DNA of 64,000 nt. It comes from Octopus sinensis (taxonomy: Eukaryota). The translations under genes were made by a program, and so were the position numbers. Positions 1-13,421 of the stretch are shown one piece after another (the stretch's first letter is position 1; each line of letters starts with the position of its first letter). The DNA lies in the NCBI RefSeq assembly GCF_006345805.1, contig NC_042998.1, positions 83,576,001-83,640,000 of the forward strand, read 5' to 3'. The notes below the pieces were generated by a model, which saw only the letters and a program-made list of their open reading frames with translations, was not told the DNA's origin and did not search any database.

Positions 1-110
1 AATAGTAGTAGTAGTAGTAGTAGTAGTAGCAGCAGCAGCACTGGAATTGATGTTAGTAATGGTGATGGTAGCAGTAGTAACAGAAGCAAGAGTAGCAACA
101 GCAGTTGTTG
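1..110. repeat. (AGT)n/(AGC)n trinucleotide microsatellite
   Basis: Direct: agtagtagt... grading into agcagcagc. Confidence 0.9.
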
Positions 111-525
111 TTTAGCCCCAGGTCAGCTCTGATCCAGCAGACTTCTGATCAAAGGTGTTCCGACCATGACTACACTGTCTTTTTCTAAGACAATAGGCTG
201 TGCTGATTTACAGGAAATCTGGCTTCCATTTCTAGCATGTCAGGGACTGCCCACAGGTATCCCCAATGACTTGCCACCAGTGATGCAGAACTTTAATATG
301 AGTAGAGTTAAATGGTAATGATCAGATAGCAGATCCCAAAGTACATCATTCTCATCTCAAGGCCTCAAGGTTGTGAAGTCAGAAGTTTGCTTCTTAACCA
401 CATGGTTTCAGGTTCAATCCCACAGCGTGGTACCTTGGGCTTCTTTCTTGAAATATAGCCCCAGACTAACCAAAGCCTTGCAAGTGAGTTCAGTAGATGG
501 AACATATATATATATATACATATGT

Positions 526-832
526 GGAGGCGCAATGGCCCGGTGGTTAATGCAGTGGACTTGCGGTTGTAGGATTGCGGTTTCGATTCCCAGACCGGGC
601 ATTATGAGTGTTTATTGAGCAAAAACACCTAAAGCTCCACAAGGCTCCGGCAGGGGATGGTGGCGATCCCTGCTGTACTCTTTCGCCGCAACTTTCTCTC
701 ACTCTTTCTTCTGTTGGTCTGCTTGCTTAGCCAGTGGGGTGGCGTCATTTGAAGGCTAAAACAATGCGAAGCGCATTGTGACCAGCGATGTGTAGCAACA
801 TCTGATAGCCTGGTTGGTCACGGTGATCACGG
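526..832 (+). mobile_element. tRNA-derived SINE
   Basis: Head GGAGGCGCAATGGCCCGGTGG (A box) ... GGTTTCGATTCCC (B box); reverse-complement copy at 61390-61646. Confidence 0.8.
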
Positions 833-847
833 CAATATATATATATA

Positions 848-1120
848 TACTAGTATTATAACCCTAGTTATAATACTATAATACTAGTATAATACTAGTA
901 TTATAATACTATAATACTAGTATTATAATACTATAATACTAGTATAATACTAGTATTATAATACTATAATACTAGTATTACTAGTAATACTAGTATTACT
1001 AGTAATACTAGTATTACTAGTAATACTAGTAATACTAGTAATACTAGTAATACTAGTATTACTAGTAATACTAGTAATACTAGTAATACTAGTAATACTA
1101 GTATTATAACTAGTATTATA
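848..1120. repeat. AT-rich tandem array built from palindromic ACTAGT and TATAAT/ATTATA units
   Basis: Direct: repeated actagtaat/actagtatt and tagtattataatacta; abuts the 5' truncation point of the LINE. Confidence 0.85.
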
Positions 1121-1960
1121 GAGGATCTTCGTCGATGCCTCCACCAAATTTGGAAGTGGTCTAACGAATGGGACCTGTGTCTGAACGTGTCAAAGTGCTG
1201 TCATCTGCCTGTTGGCTCTCCTCCTGCAACTCAACTTGATTTCGAGCCGGGTCGTCTGCTGCTGGAGAGGACCGATCAGGTAAAGGACCTGGGTATCTTG
1301 GTGGATTCCTCCTTTTCGCCTTCAGCCCAGTGCGTCCATGCTGCCAACAAAGCACGCGGAATTCTGTTCTTGATTCAACGGTCATTCGGAATGCTCACAG
1401 CAGCCATATTCCTACCACTCTATGTCACGCTGGTGAGACCCATATTGGAGTACGGGATTCAAGCCTCCTCTCCTTATCTCCTCAAAGACATACAGCATCT
1501 CGAAAGAGTCCAGAAGCTGGCTACCCGCATGGTTCATGGTCTCAAAAATTTGTCCTATGAAGAAAGGCTGAGGACGCTCGACCTTTATTCTCTTGAAAAA
1601 CGCCGCCGCCGTGGTGATCTCATTCTCGCCCACAACATCATAAGCGGAAAGTGTAACCTCTCGGAAGAGCTGTTCTTCACTCCTGCTCCAGTACGTCGGC
1701 TGCGGGGTCATTCCGAAAAGCTCTACCTGCGACGATTTCATCTCAATCGAAGGAGAGGAGCTTTCTCCGTCCGGGTTGCGGATCCGTGGAACAAGCTGCC
1801 AGACGAGATGGTGAAGATGCCGACGACCGCTTTGTTCAAAGCCTCCCTTGACCTCAAGTGACCTGAACTCTTCACATGAACACCACCCTGTACTTAACTC
1901 CATGTCCCCCTACATGGCCTTGCTATTTGCTTTTGAGCCAAATTAACTAACTAACTAACC
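1121..1960 (+). mobile_element. 5'-truncated CR1/L2-group LINE: C-terminal RT region, 3' UTR and (TAAC)n tail
   Basis: Open frame 1121-1861: EDLRRCLHQIWKWSNEWDL..SKC, KDLGILVD, TLVRPILEYG, LERVQKLATRMV, RLRTLDLYSLEKRRRRGDLI, LRGHSEKL, FSVRVADPWNKLP; ends aactaactaactaac. Confidence 0.92.
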
Positions 1961-2184
1961 CAATTTCATTCAAGTCTACTCAGGCCACATTTTAAAGATG
2001 AGGAATTCTGCCCTAGAGGCCACACCTTTCAATTGAGCAAACTCAAAGTTGCCATGCAAACTCCCCAGCACTTTTAATATAGGTGTGCAAATTTTCAATT
2101 CAATCCAACCACATTTACTAACACTTTTGCCTGCACAAGTGATTGTGAGACAATGTCCGCCCTTTTCACAAGTATATAGTAGAT

Positions 2185-2390
2185 ATATTCTTTTTTCTTT
2201 TATTTGTTTCAATCATTTGACTGTGGCCATGCTGGGGCACCGCCTTTAGCTCAATAAATCAACCCTAGAACTTATTCTGCTTAAGCCCAGTACTTATTCT
2301 ATTGGGCTTTTTAACCAAACTGCTAAATTACGGATACATAAATACACTAACATCAGTTGTCAAGCAATGGTGTGGGGACAAACACACACA
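2185..2390 (-). mobile_element. Major SINE family, 3' portion
   Basis: tttgtttcaatcatttgactgtggccatgctggggcaccgcc...; same family at 44686-45095, 46745-47150, 50705-51050. Confidence 0.75.
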
Positions 2391-2734
2391 CACACATATA
2401 CATATATATGCTAGCATGGAAAGTGGACGTTAAATGATGATGATGATGATGATATATATATATTGATAGGAGCTGGCAGAAAACTGCACCATTCTTTGAT
2501 CTTTTGGCTTGGTTTTTACAGCTAGATGCCCTTCCTAAAACCAACCACTTAACAGTGTGGACTGGATGCATTTTACATGGCACCAGCACTGGCAGAGTCA
2601 CTAAGCAACTTGCAAGACAAAGACCCTTTGAGGTGGGATGTGGCATTGGAGGTGATGATCTTGTTCCAGATGAGGTTAGAGCATGACAGAGAGACAGAAA
2701 CAGGTGTCATGCTGCATATGAAATACATGGTTAC

Positions 2735-2769
<35 letters not shown>

Positions 2770-2979
2770 TGACCAAGATTGAGGGATGGCTGTCTACTAA
2801 TTAGATGAGCATGATCATCACTAACAGATGTGTCAATAATGCTCCATGCAAGGGTTTGCAGCTGAGTGTGGCTTGCCCAACACCACAATGACCCTTGCCA
2901 TCAATACCAAGAAACCTAGAGACAAGCAAAGTAAGAAATATCCCACTCAGTAGAGTAGCAGGTTTATATATATAAGTTA

Positions 2980-4710
2980 GCCATGAGGAAATATTACCTT
3001 GCTTGGAGAAAGTAAGGGTTAGCAACACTAAGGGCATCTGGCAAAGAAAATCTGCCTCAACAAATTCCATCTGACCCATGCAAGCATGGAAAAGTGGACT
3101 TTAAAAATGATGAGGGATGCCTTGAAAAAGACCAGGAGTCCTCATTCTCAGTGGGCTTACTGCACTCTCAGATACCAACCTGAGTATTTCTATGTCCTGG
3201 CGCATACCTGCCTCGAATACATATACTCACATTATTGGCTGGCTGTTCACCCTCTCAAGTTCCTCTGCCCTTTGATGGGTTCTGTTTTTCATCCCACAGG
3301 GTGTCCAATAAATTACCCTCTTTAACAAGCAAGCTTAGTATGGTTACCAATTTTGTCGCTGACAACCTGACCATGTGACAAGTTGTACTGGGTTACATGT
3401 TACCAATAGCTCTCAATAGCAATCTTATATAATATATATATGTATAATCACACACACATTATATATAAAGGATGGCCTAAAAGTAGGGTTACAGTTATCA
3501 TGTAAGCACTTAAATTTCTTTTAAAACATTTTATTACATTTAAATTTCCATCTTACAATTAACTAAATTAGCATAGAATAATCGTTTCATATTTTTTTTA
3601 TAATTAAGATCTAAACTGTTAACATATGAATGTCGTGAAAGAGATAGTTGAATAACTGTAAACCTACTTTTGAGCCACCCTATGTGTGTGTGTGTGTGTG
3701 TCTTATTGTCTCCATACTTTGATATCACGTGATAGTTGTAAGAAATGTCCTTCAGTTCCAATCTTCCATAAAAACATGTCTGGCCATGGGGAAATATTAC
3801 CTTGCTTGGAGAAAGTAAGGGTTAGCAACAGTAAGGGCATCTAGCAAAGAAAATCTGCCTCAACAATTCCATCTGACCATGCAAGCATGGAAAAGTGGAC
3901 TTTAAAAATGATGAGGGATGCCTTGAAAAAGACCAGGAGTCCTCATTCTCAGTGGGCTTACTGCACTCTCAGATACCAACTGAGTATTTCTATGTCCTGG
4001 CGCATACCTGCCTCGAATACATATACTCACATTATTGGCTGGCTGTTCACCCTCTCAAGTTCCTCTGCCCTTTGATGGGTTCTGTTTTTCATCCCACAGG
4101 GTGTCCAATAAATTACCCTCTTTAACAAGCAAGCTTAGTATGGTTACCAATTTTGTCGCTGACAACCTGACCATGTGACAAGTTGTACTGGGTTACATGT
4201 TACCAATAGCTCTCAATAGCAATCTTATATAATATATATATGTATAATCACACACACATTATATATAAAGGATGGCCTAAAAGTAGGGTTACAGTTATCA
4301 TGTAAGCACTTTAAATTTCTTTTAAAACATTTTATTACATTTAAATTTCCATCTTACAATTAACTAAATTAGCATAGAATAATCGTTTCATATTTTTTTT
4401 ATAATTAAGATCTAAACTGTTAACATATGAATGTGGCGAAAGAGATAGTTGAATAACTGTAAACCTACTTTTGAGCCACCCTATGTGTGTGTGTGTGTGT
4501 CTTATTGTCTCCATACTTTGATATCACGTGATAGTTGTAAGAAATGTCCTTCAGTTCCAATCTTCCATAAAAACATGTCTGGCCATGGGGAAATATTACC
4601 TTGCTTGGAGAAAGTAAGGGTTAGCAACAGTAAGGGCATCTAGCAAAGAAAATCTGCCTCAACAAATTCCATCTGACCCATGCAAGCATGGAAAAGTGGA
4701 CATTAAAACG
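2980..4710. repeat. Tandem duplication, about 801-bp period (2 full units plus boundary repeat)
   Basis: atggaaaagtggac at 3086, 3887, 4688; intervening sequence near-identical, differences mostly homopolymer indels. Confidence 0.92.
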
Positions 4711-5641
4711 ATGATGACTATGAGGTCTTCTCAATGCTGTTACAGCTTGGAGTGAAGGCATGTGACTTAGTGGTTAGGATATCCAACTCATTATCATAAG
4801 ATCACAATATCAATTCCTGGCAGCACTTTGTATCCTTGAGCAAGATGTTTTATTTCATGTTGCTCCAGTCCACTCAGCTGGCAAAAATATGTTGTACCTG
4901 TAATTCAAAGGGGCCAACCTTGTCATATTTTGTGTCATGCTGAATCTACCTGGGAACTACATCAAAGGTACATCTGTCTGTGGAGAGCTCAGCCACTTGC
5001 ACATTAATTCCACAAGTAGGTTGTTCCATTGATCAGTCCAACTGAATCCCTTGTCATCATAACTGACAGAGTGCAAGTTTTTTTTTTTGTTTTACAGAGT
5101 GGACTTGTCTGCTGTACACTATGTGGACACTCATCTAATCCTCAATCTCATTTTTGAGGTTCTACTTTCCATGTCTTACTCTGCCGTGAACACAGCAAAG
5201 TTTTCACCCAGCATTCATCATCCAAGTCTCTTCCATATATACCGGTCTCAAATTTTGGCACAAGGCCAGCAATTTTGGGGGAGGGGTAAGTCAATTACAT
5301 CGACCCCAGTGCTCGATCGATATTTATTTATTGACCTTGAAAGGATAAAAGACAAAGTCACCCTCGATGGAATTTGAACTCAGTGGATGAAATGCAACAA
5401 AGTATGTTAACAATTCTGCCTTTCCTTCTTGTAGTATATATATTGACCAATATTTTTCATCAAAACTATTCTCTAAACTCATTTCTGTTCAATCTTCCAT
5501 ATTGGCTAATGTTACATGCCCAGTGATTCACACACACAACTCTTCTCTCTAGCCTAGACAGATTTTCCCTCATTCAATGCTGCATGCCTCACTACCATAC
5601 AGCATTACATTCTATACACATGGTTCACACAGTCTATGTTC

Positions 5642-5679
<38 letters not shown>

Positions 5680-6573
5680 AACCGTTTGTTGCTAACAGCT
5701 CTTTAAGCATTTCGCGCCCAGTACAATCACTTTCAGCTCAAATTGTTGTTCAGCACTAGGTTGACTCTGATCCAGCAGGCCTGGAATCAAAAGTGCTGCA
5801 ACCATGACTATCCCAACTTTTTCTCAGACAATGCATTTAAGAAATGTCTGCTTCAAGATAAGTATGGACTGCTATATCTAGCAAGAGAACAGAGGCTCCT
5901 TCATTGGCTCACATTACTAGTTAGATCACCTAGGTAATGGCAAGTAGCAAATGAAATATTTCTGAGAATTTGGACCATGATAGACTTATTAGCACCATAG
6001 ACTTATCAAAACTATCAATCACCATGACCATCACCACTTTATTGCAGATTCCGGAATGAATGAGTACGAAGCTCTTTAATTCAAACCCTTACCAAGAGCT
6101 TTGTTACATACATTTAGTCAATAACACTTCACTATACACACCTCTGTTTATTTAGATGATGTGAACAGGCCCCAAATCCCATGGGAGTAGGTACTTGTAC
6201 GGAATGACACTGTATCCAATAAACTATGTCACATTTCAAGCAATGAAACCAGAGATAATCATTGACTATTAAAACTCCCCTGTGTGATTATGAGACATTT
6301 TAACAGCACAATGGCTTTATACAAGATATTGTTTATCTATATACAAGCCTGACCATAAATACCTGATGTTCCACCTACTGAGCTATGTAGGTAAATGTGG
6401 TCAACTATGACTTTCATCTTTCTGGAATTGATAAAATAATGTACTAGTGAAGCACTGGACTTTAATACAGTGTTTCCTATGTGTGAGGAGGAGAGGGAGA
6501 AGTGAGGACAGAGAAATTAACATCATTAACTCACCTGAGACTACCCCAAGTTCTATGATACAAACTTCCTGTT

Positions 6574-6790
6574 TTAACCCTTTTGATACCATATTTCTGT
6601 TGAAGATGTTGTGTGTTTCCTTCAATTAATTTTAAATATAATAAAGTTAAGAAAATAACTTTGTTATTATTAAGCTAGTGTTAGGAACATAAATTATGAC
6701 TAGGGTTTGGTGGAAGATTTTAATTCAGAACTTTTGTAAACAAGACATTTGTACTACAGAGCCAGCTGGGTTGGTATCAAAAAGGGTTAA
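6574..6790. mobile_element. piggyBac-like MITE
   Basis: TTAA|CCCTTTTGATACCA ... TGGTATCAAAAAGGG|TTAA; related copy at about 9686-9908. Confidence 0.8.
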
Positions 6791-8150
6791 AGGGATCAAA
6801 ATAAAACCTTCCATCAAAATTTCATGATTTATGTTCTAAACACCAGCTTAAAAATGACAAAGTTATTTCAATAAATCCTTCAATAATTTCAAAATTAAAT
6901 GAAACTAAGATAATTATTTCATCAGAAATACTGAAACAAAAGAGTTGCTAAAATTAACAGGGTTTGATGTTTTAAACTTGTCCAAACATCACAGTCAAGA
7001 AAGAGCACTCATACAGATCATCATCTTTATGACTTAACACCTGTTTTCCATGTTGGCATGGGTTGGAAAGTTTGACAGGAGCTGGTGAGGCTGAGAGCCA
7101 TACCAGGCTCCATTGTCTGTTTTGGCATCGTTTCTACAGCTGGATGCCCTTCCTGATGCCAACCACTTTACAAAGTGTACTGGATGCTTTTTATGCAGCA
7201 CCAGCATTGACTGGGTTACTAAATACCTTGCAAAAGGAAAATAAAAGGGCAAAGACTCCCTCAAATGGGATTGAGGGGTAGTATGGGGGAAGGCTTCGTG
7301 CCAGTTGAGAGATTAAAGGTATAGAGGAACAGAGATAGGAATCTTGCAGCAGATACATGAATTCCCCAGTTGGGAGGGAAGGGAGAATGAGTTAGAGTGT
7401 AAGATAAAGAGAGGGAAACTATTTACTTTCCACATTAATAAAGTGAAGACAAGGGTGAAGGGCAAACCTTTCATTAATGTTTGAAGGGAGGACTTGGTAT
7501 TTGTTGATTTGAGAACCACTGCTTCAATAGATACACATTCCTTCTTTGTTCTGAGACTGATTCTCAACTTAGCCATAAAAATCAAGGCTAAGGACTAATT
7601 AACCTTCAAGAAGTCCCTTGGGGCATTTTAAACATCTCCCCTGCTAACATGCTGCTACTTCCTACTCAGTAAAGGTCACCTCACCCTCATCTGTTGTATC
7701 AACCTGTCCGAGAAGACCTGTTACAAAAGTGAAGAGCACCCTCTTTCCCCTATCAACATGTGCAACAAGGCCCACTACAAAGGTCATGGCTTCTCCTGCT
7801 TTTTGATTAAATAATGTTTACTAACATTGGGACAGGACCCCACAACATATAAATGTATATGTATATATATACACACACACATATATATACAAAGTAATCA
7901 CTCACCATATCGCAGTTCACCTATGGCAATTTATTATTTAAGCTTACTTCAATTCCTCTGTGGTGTTGTTTTGCATTTATAATAAAATAAATACATACAA
8001 ATTATAAAAACAACAGTCAAAAAATATACAGTACTGTTTCTACTTTGCGGACTTTCGCCTATCATGTTTCTGGACATCAGTGGTCCCGAGACCAAAGCCT
8101 CTACCACGATTTTTAAGAAATGTGGTGGAAAACTAGCTCAGGAAGGCAGG

Positions 8151-8430
8151 GACGCTACTCCCTAAGACCCCTTTCATAGCCCCCCACCACCTACGCTACT
8201 CCCTGAGATCCCTTTTGGAGCTCCCCTACCTACGCTACTCCCTGAGACCCCTTTTGGAGCCCCTCTACCTATACGACGCCCTGAGACCATTTTTGGAGCC
8301 CCTCTACATACGCTACTTCCTGAGACTCTTTTCAGAGCCCACCCTACCTATGCTATTTTCTGAGACCCCTTTCGGAGCCCCTCTACCAACACTACTGAGA
8401 ACCCTTTCAGATTCCCCCTCCCCCACCTAG
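8151..8430. repeat. 39-bp minisatellite, about 7 degenerate units
   Basis: Unit approx ctacgctactccctgagaccccttttggagcccctctac. Confidence 0.88.
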
Positions 8431-9685
8431 AACTGATAAATCTGATATCACTCCAATGCTCACTAAAATTCAGATCAGCCGGATCCAGGCCAAATATTCT
8501 ACCTGTTTTCTATTCAAACCAGCTAGATCAAGCCTCTCACACCTGCCCTACAATGTCCTAAAAATAAGCAATAAGATTATGAAAATCTCAAAGCTACACA
8601 GTAATGTTTGATTAATTCAAAACAATAGGAATAAATAAACCATATATTTGACAAAGTAATCTGAAAGCTAAAGGGTTAATCCTTTATCTTACACACACAC
8701 ACATATACACACATATACTCTAAAGGTGGTGGTGGTGGTGAGGCCACATAATGTTCCTCTTCCTGAAATCAAGAGTAAATGTGGGAATCTAGATTTCATG
8801 AAATCTTGTAATCTTTCTCTAAACCAGCTGTGCTGTTATTTGCCTTCTAAATGAATCATTCTACAGTTTCATACATGTTTCGCAACAATTCCTTATAAAG
8901 ACTTCCTAATACAAGTGGTTTACAAAGATAGACCAGCTAGAAACCTTTCAAACCACCTTCTTACAATTTTTAAAATAAGACATACTGAACAACATAGTCC
9001 ATTTCAGTTGGTGGTATGAAAATGATCAGGTTAGTCACAACTTTAATACCTTTGATCATAGGTATTCTCAATCAGGGTTGACCTGGGGTTAAATAACAAC
9101 AACAGCTAAGTTCATGTACAACCAACCAATTAATACCATCTTTTTAAGGTCCACTCATGCTTGCATGTGTCAGATGGAGTTTATTGAGGCAGATTTTCTA
9201 TGACCAGAATGCCTTTCCTGTTGCTAACCGTCTCTCATTTCCAAGCAAGGTAATATTTCCCCTTCACCAGACATGTTTTCATAGAAGATTAGAAATGAAT
9301 GATATTTCTTACAGGATAGTGACAGTGAAACTGAATTACAACTGCCAACTGATATCAAGACAGACATACATATATATGGTGTATGTGTGTGTGTAAGACA
9401 AGATTCTTTCAGTTTCTGTCTACCTAATCAACTCACAAGGTCATGCTTGGCGCAGGACTATAGTAAAAGAAATTTGCCCAAGATGCTGCGCAGTAGGACT
9501 GAACTCAAAACTACATGACAAGGAAGCAAATTTCTTAACTACATGGCTACATCTTCACCTATGTACAATGCAAAGTAGTCTATGAAACAGCAATAATTGG
9601 CAGGAATAAGTTACATGCTGAGAACAAGAATTAAGAAAATATTGTTAGTTTAACCAGTTTAAATAAATACGGTAATGAAAGGGTT

Positions 9686-9908
9686 AACCCTTTCGTTACT
9701 GTATTTATTTTGAGATGCTCTGTGTTTCTTTCAATTAATTTTAAATATAACAAAGAATTTAGTAAAATAACTTCATTCAGCTAGTGTTAGGAACATAAAT
9801 TGCGACTAAGGTTTGGTGGAAGATTTTAATTCAAAACTTATGGAAACAAAACATTTGTACTACAGAGCTAGAGGTGGTTTCAGCTGGGTTAGTATCGATA
9901 GGGATAAA
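9686..9908. mobile_element. piggyBac-like MITE, second copy of the 6574 family
   Basis: ttaaccctttcgttac start; shared core gctagtgttaggaacataaatt...ggtttggtggaagattttaattca; degenerate right end. Confidence 0.7.
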
Positions 9909-12900
9909 TCTACTTAGAACAGGCAATTATTCTTATGAAAATGTGAATGGCCATTTTTGTTACAAGATGGAAAAATCAGATAAGGATAGGATGATTGTTT
10001 GAGAAGATTTGCAACAATAGATTCTGAAATGATGAATTAATGACAGGTCAAACGAAGATACTAAACAGATCAGACTATTTCCGGGAATCAAAGATTGGAT
10101 TTAAAGTCTGTGAAGTGTCTACAAAAGAAAGAAATCTCTTTGGTTTATTTATCAGCATGATTTGTTATTTTTAACTACAGCTATTTTATAAACAGTTTCA
10201 ATGTTTATCTTAAATGGATAAGCATTGTTAGCTGTTTAGTTGCATGTCATTTGTAAACTAAGATGTATCTAATGAATCTTTAGTGGTATCTTGGTAAATT
10301 TACAGCTTTCCTGAGTTAACCCGCCAGCATTTAAACTGGTCACATCCAACCCAAATATTCTACCTGTTTTATGTTCAAACCAGCCAGATCAGTCTTCTCA
10401 CATCTATCCAAAAATGTAACTGTGTAATTCTAAAAATAAAGTATCACATCATCATCGTTTAACATCTACTTTCCATGCTGGCATGGGTTGGAAAGTTTGA
10501 CTGAAAACTGGTAAGCTAGGGGGGCTGCACCAGGTTCCAGTCTGATTTCGCAAAGTTTTTACAGCTGGACGCCCTTCCTAATGCCAACCACTCCAAGAGT
10601 GTAGTGGGTGCTTTTTATGTATCACTGGTACAGGTGCCATTAACCTGACACTGGCATCGGCCACAACTATGGTCTCACTTGGTTTGACAGGTCAACACAA
10701 ATGTTATATTTGAACCTGAATAGCATAGGTTTCTGCCAAGTAACTTAAATGGATTCAAATTGCTCTAAACATCAGCAAAGATCTAAGCATACATTCTGAA
10801 AACAGGCCTTTTTATTTTTTTTCCTTTCTTTCTCTGTTAGAAGGCACAAGCACTTACACACACATGTACACACATGACAGGAACTTCTGCCTACAAAATG
10901 ACAAGATTTCAGTCAGCCCAAGGCTATAACAGAACACACTTGCCCAAGGTGCCATGCAATGGGTCTGAACCCGAAACCATGTGGCTGGGAAGCAAGCTTC
11001 CTAACCACACAGCTATGCTTGTGCTTAACTAGTATTTTATTTTTGTCTTCTTGTGTGTTAGTATGAGGGTGATTATCACAAGCAAGATGTTGAACTTACT
11101 CAAAATCAAGAGACTAACAACACCAGTAGACTGTTATGGAGAAAGATGTGGACAAGGTGCAGCAAAATAGCCTCCTTATATTTCATGTTTGTCAACTTCT
11201 AAAATGTGGGAGGTGTTTGTTTGTTCTTTTGTTTTTTTTGGCAGCACCCTGTATAAAGGGTAACATGGGGTAGAGAGAGAGAGAGAGAGAGCAAGGAACA
11301 AAGCCAAATTATTCTACAAGCTAAATTCCATTAATTTGAAGTTGTTATGAGGGGAAAAAAACACTTAATCATTCAAACATGTTTAATTCTGAAAAAGCTT
11401 AATGAATATTCAATTTCAGTGATTAAATTACATACACACACACACACTCAATGATAAATACACACAACACCAACACACACAAACACATATAATGGTGACT
11501 CTGGTCGATTTTGACATAGGAGTGTTTGAAGAAAAGGATTTTTAAAAAAAGGGATTAAAAATAAAAAAACCTGAATCTATTTGCAATGGATGCATGAACA
11601 TAATTTGGGCCCCTGTATGACTATTAAGTCACAATGGGGACAATGATGGTTTTGATTTTGTTTAGGATTGAACAAATATGGCTGTTGACGGCCAATTCTC
11701 TTAATTTTCTGTTTCTTCAACTAAAGTTGTTAAATTGCATCATAACACATTTTATATCACTGAAATTGATCTAGGAAATAACTTCTCCAAATTTAGCTGT
11801 AAGGATTTTAATGATTGTTTCAACTTATCCTTATACCTAATGATGAGTCTTCCTTTACAATAGAATTTTACCACTTGTTGGCCATACATCATTTCAACAT
11901 CTAAGCTCCTTACTGGCCTGAGTTGGACCACACACTTACACCTCACACATTTACATTCACCAAAGAGTTTTATGAAATGGTAAAAATTCAATAACACAAT
12001 CAATTCATCTTTTTTTTTTTTCTAAATAAACATTTGACTCTATGCTACGTATGTTGAGCCATTTGTTCTGTAAATGTTATAGTCATTAATCCATTAACTG
12101 CCAAATTTTTTATTCATATTTTTTGGGCTTTGCCAGGTGTCTTCTGAGTTAAAATATATAGTGTTTAAATTTTCTTTATATGTGAAAGAAACTGATAGAA
12201 TAAGTATCAGGCTTAAAAAGTTTGTACTGGGGTCAATTCATTCTAAAATCCATCAAGGCAGTGCCCCAGCATGGCCACAGTCTAATGACAAACAAATAAA
12301 AGCTAAAACCACCATTTCATGTCCCTGTTCCATGCTGTCATCATTTGAATGGTTTGACAAAATCTCAAGATTGCATCGTACTTCAATAGTTTCTACAGCT
12401 GGATACCATTTCTAATACCAGTCTCTTTACACCATGTACTGGGTGCTTCTTTTCATGCCACCAGCACCAGTGAAATCACAATGCAACTAGCAAGACCATG
12501 AACCCCAAGGGAGGTGGCTTTATGCAAGGAGATGAAGGGTTAAAGTATGAAAGAAGGGGCCAGAGAAGAAGAGGTTTCCTGCTGTGGAGGAGTGACATTA
12601 CTACTCATATTTTAGAAGAAAGGGTGGGTGGGGTGATCAAGGTGGAGCTAGAAAAAGATAAAGATAGTAGTGATAAGCTGAGTGTCTACCTCATTTTCTC
12701 CTATTGGCAACTCCCCACAGCTTGTTTGCCACTTCAAAACCCCACTCTGGCCCATCCCTGCAGGTCACTTTCAGGACGTGACTTCACTGTCATCTCTGTC
12801 TCTCTTTCTTGTGCAGCTGTTCCTCACATCTTCCACCCTTATAACATAGAATAACTCTGGATCCTTCTCTCCACAACTCACCTCATCACCTTACAACTCC

Positions 12901-13386
12901 ATCCTTCCTCTGTTCCCTGCAATACTCCCTCCCTCAAACGTGTCTACTCTGTTACTCTCCACAACTACCCTCTCACAACTATAAATCTATTCCTCTCACA
13001 TTACATTATCTTATCTCATCACCGTGCCTAGAATTATTGCAGCCTCTTTTTCCTATTCTCTTTCAGCTATAGGGAAAACTTTACTCTCTTCGTCTTGCAA
13101 AACAACCAGCCTCACTTGCGCAGGTGCCAAGCAAAAAGCACCCTGTAAGCTATGTAAAGTGGCTGGCATCTGGAAGGCCATCCAGCTGCTGAAACCAGGC
13201 ATTGGAGCATAGCGGTCCTTTGATTCGTTGGATAAGCTCACCAACCTATGGCAGCATGGAAGATGATCTTCCATACATACATACAGACATGCGTGTATGC
13301 ACCCACACTCACAAACACACCGCAATGTCCAGTCCTTATTGCAGTGTGCTGGCTTGTGTACGTTAATGCTACTGAGAGCTACATAC

Positions 13387-13421
13387 TGGCGGAATGCAAG
13401 CTCCAGGTAGGACCACGCATG
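13387..13421 (-). CDS. Candidate second exon of an unidentified host gene (S-MRGPTWSLHSA)
   Basis: Minus-strand acceptor tatcctttgtcctttcag and donor gtatgt; 35 nt, phase-compatible with the exon at 14494-14549; no family recognised. Confidence 0.25.

Noticed and set aside
526-610. tRNA genes at SINE heads
   Set aside because: A and B boxes are present but there is no acceptor stem or anticodon arm, and they continue into SINE bodies.
3225-3400. Minus-strand exon in the duplicated unit (gtgagt donor)
   Set aside because: No convincing acceptor and no recognisable peptide.
7915-7930. 15-nt micro-exon ag|GTGAACTGCGATATG|gtgagt that would extend the candidate gene (SELRY)
   Set aside because: Phase-compatible but the polypyrimidine tract is weak; cannot be supported without transcripts.
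8151-8430. CRISPR-like array
   Set aside because: Units are contiguous with no unique spacers, there are no cas genes, and the context is eukaryotic.
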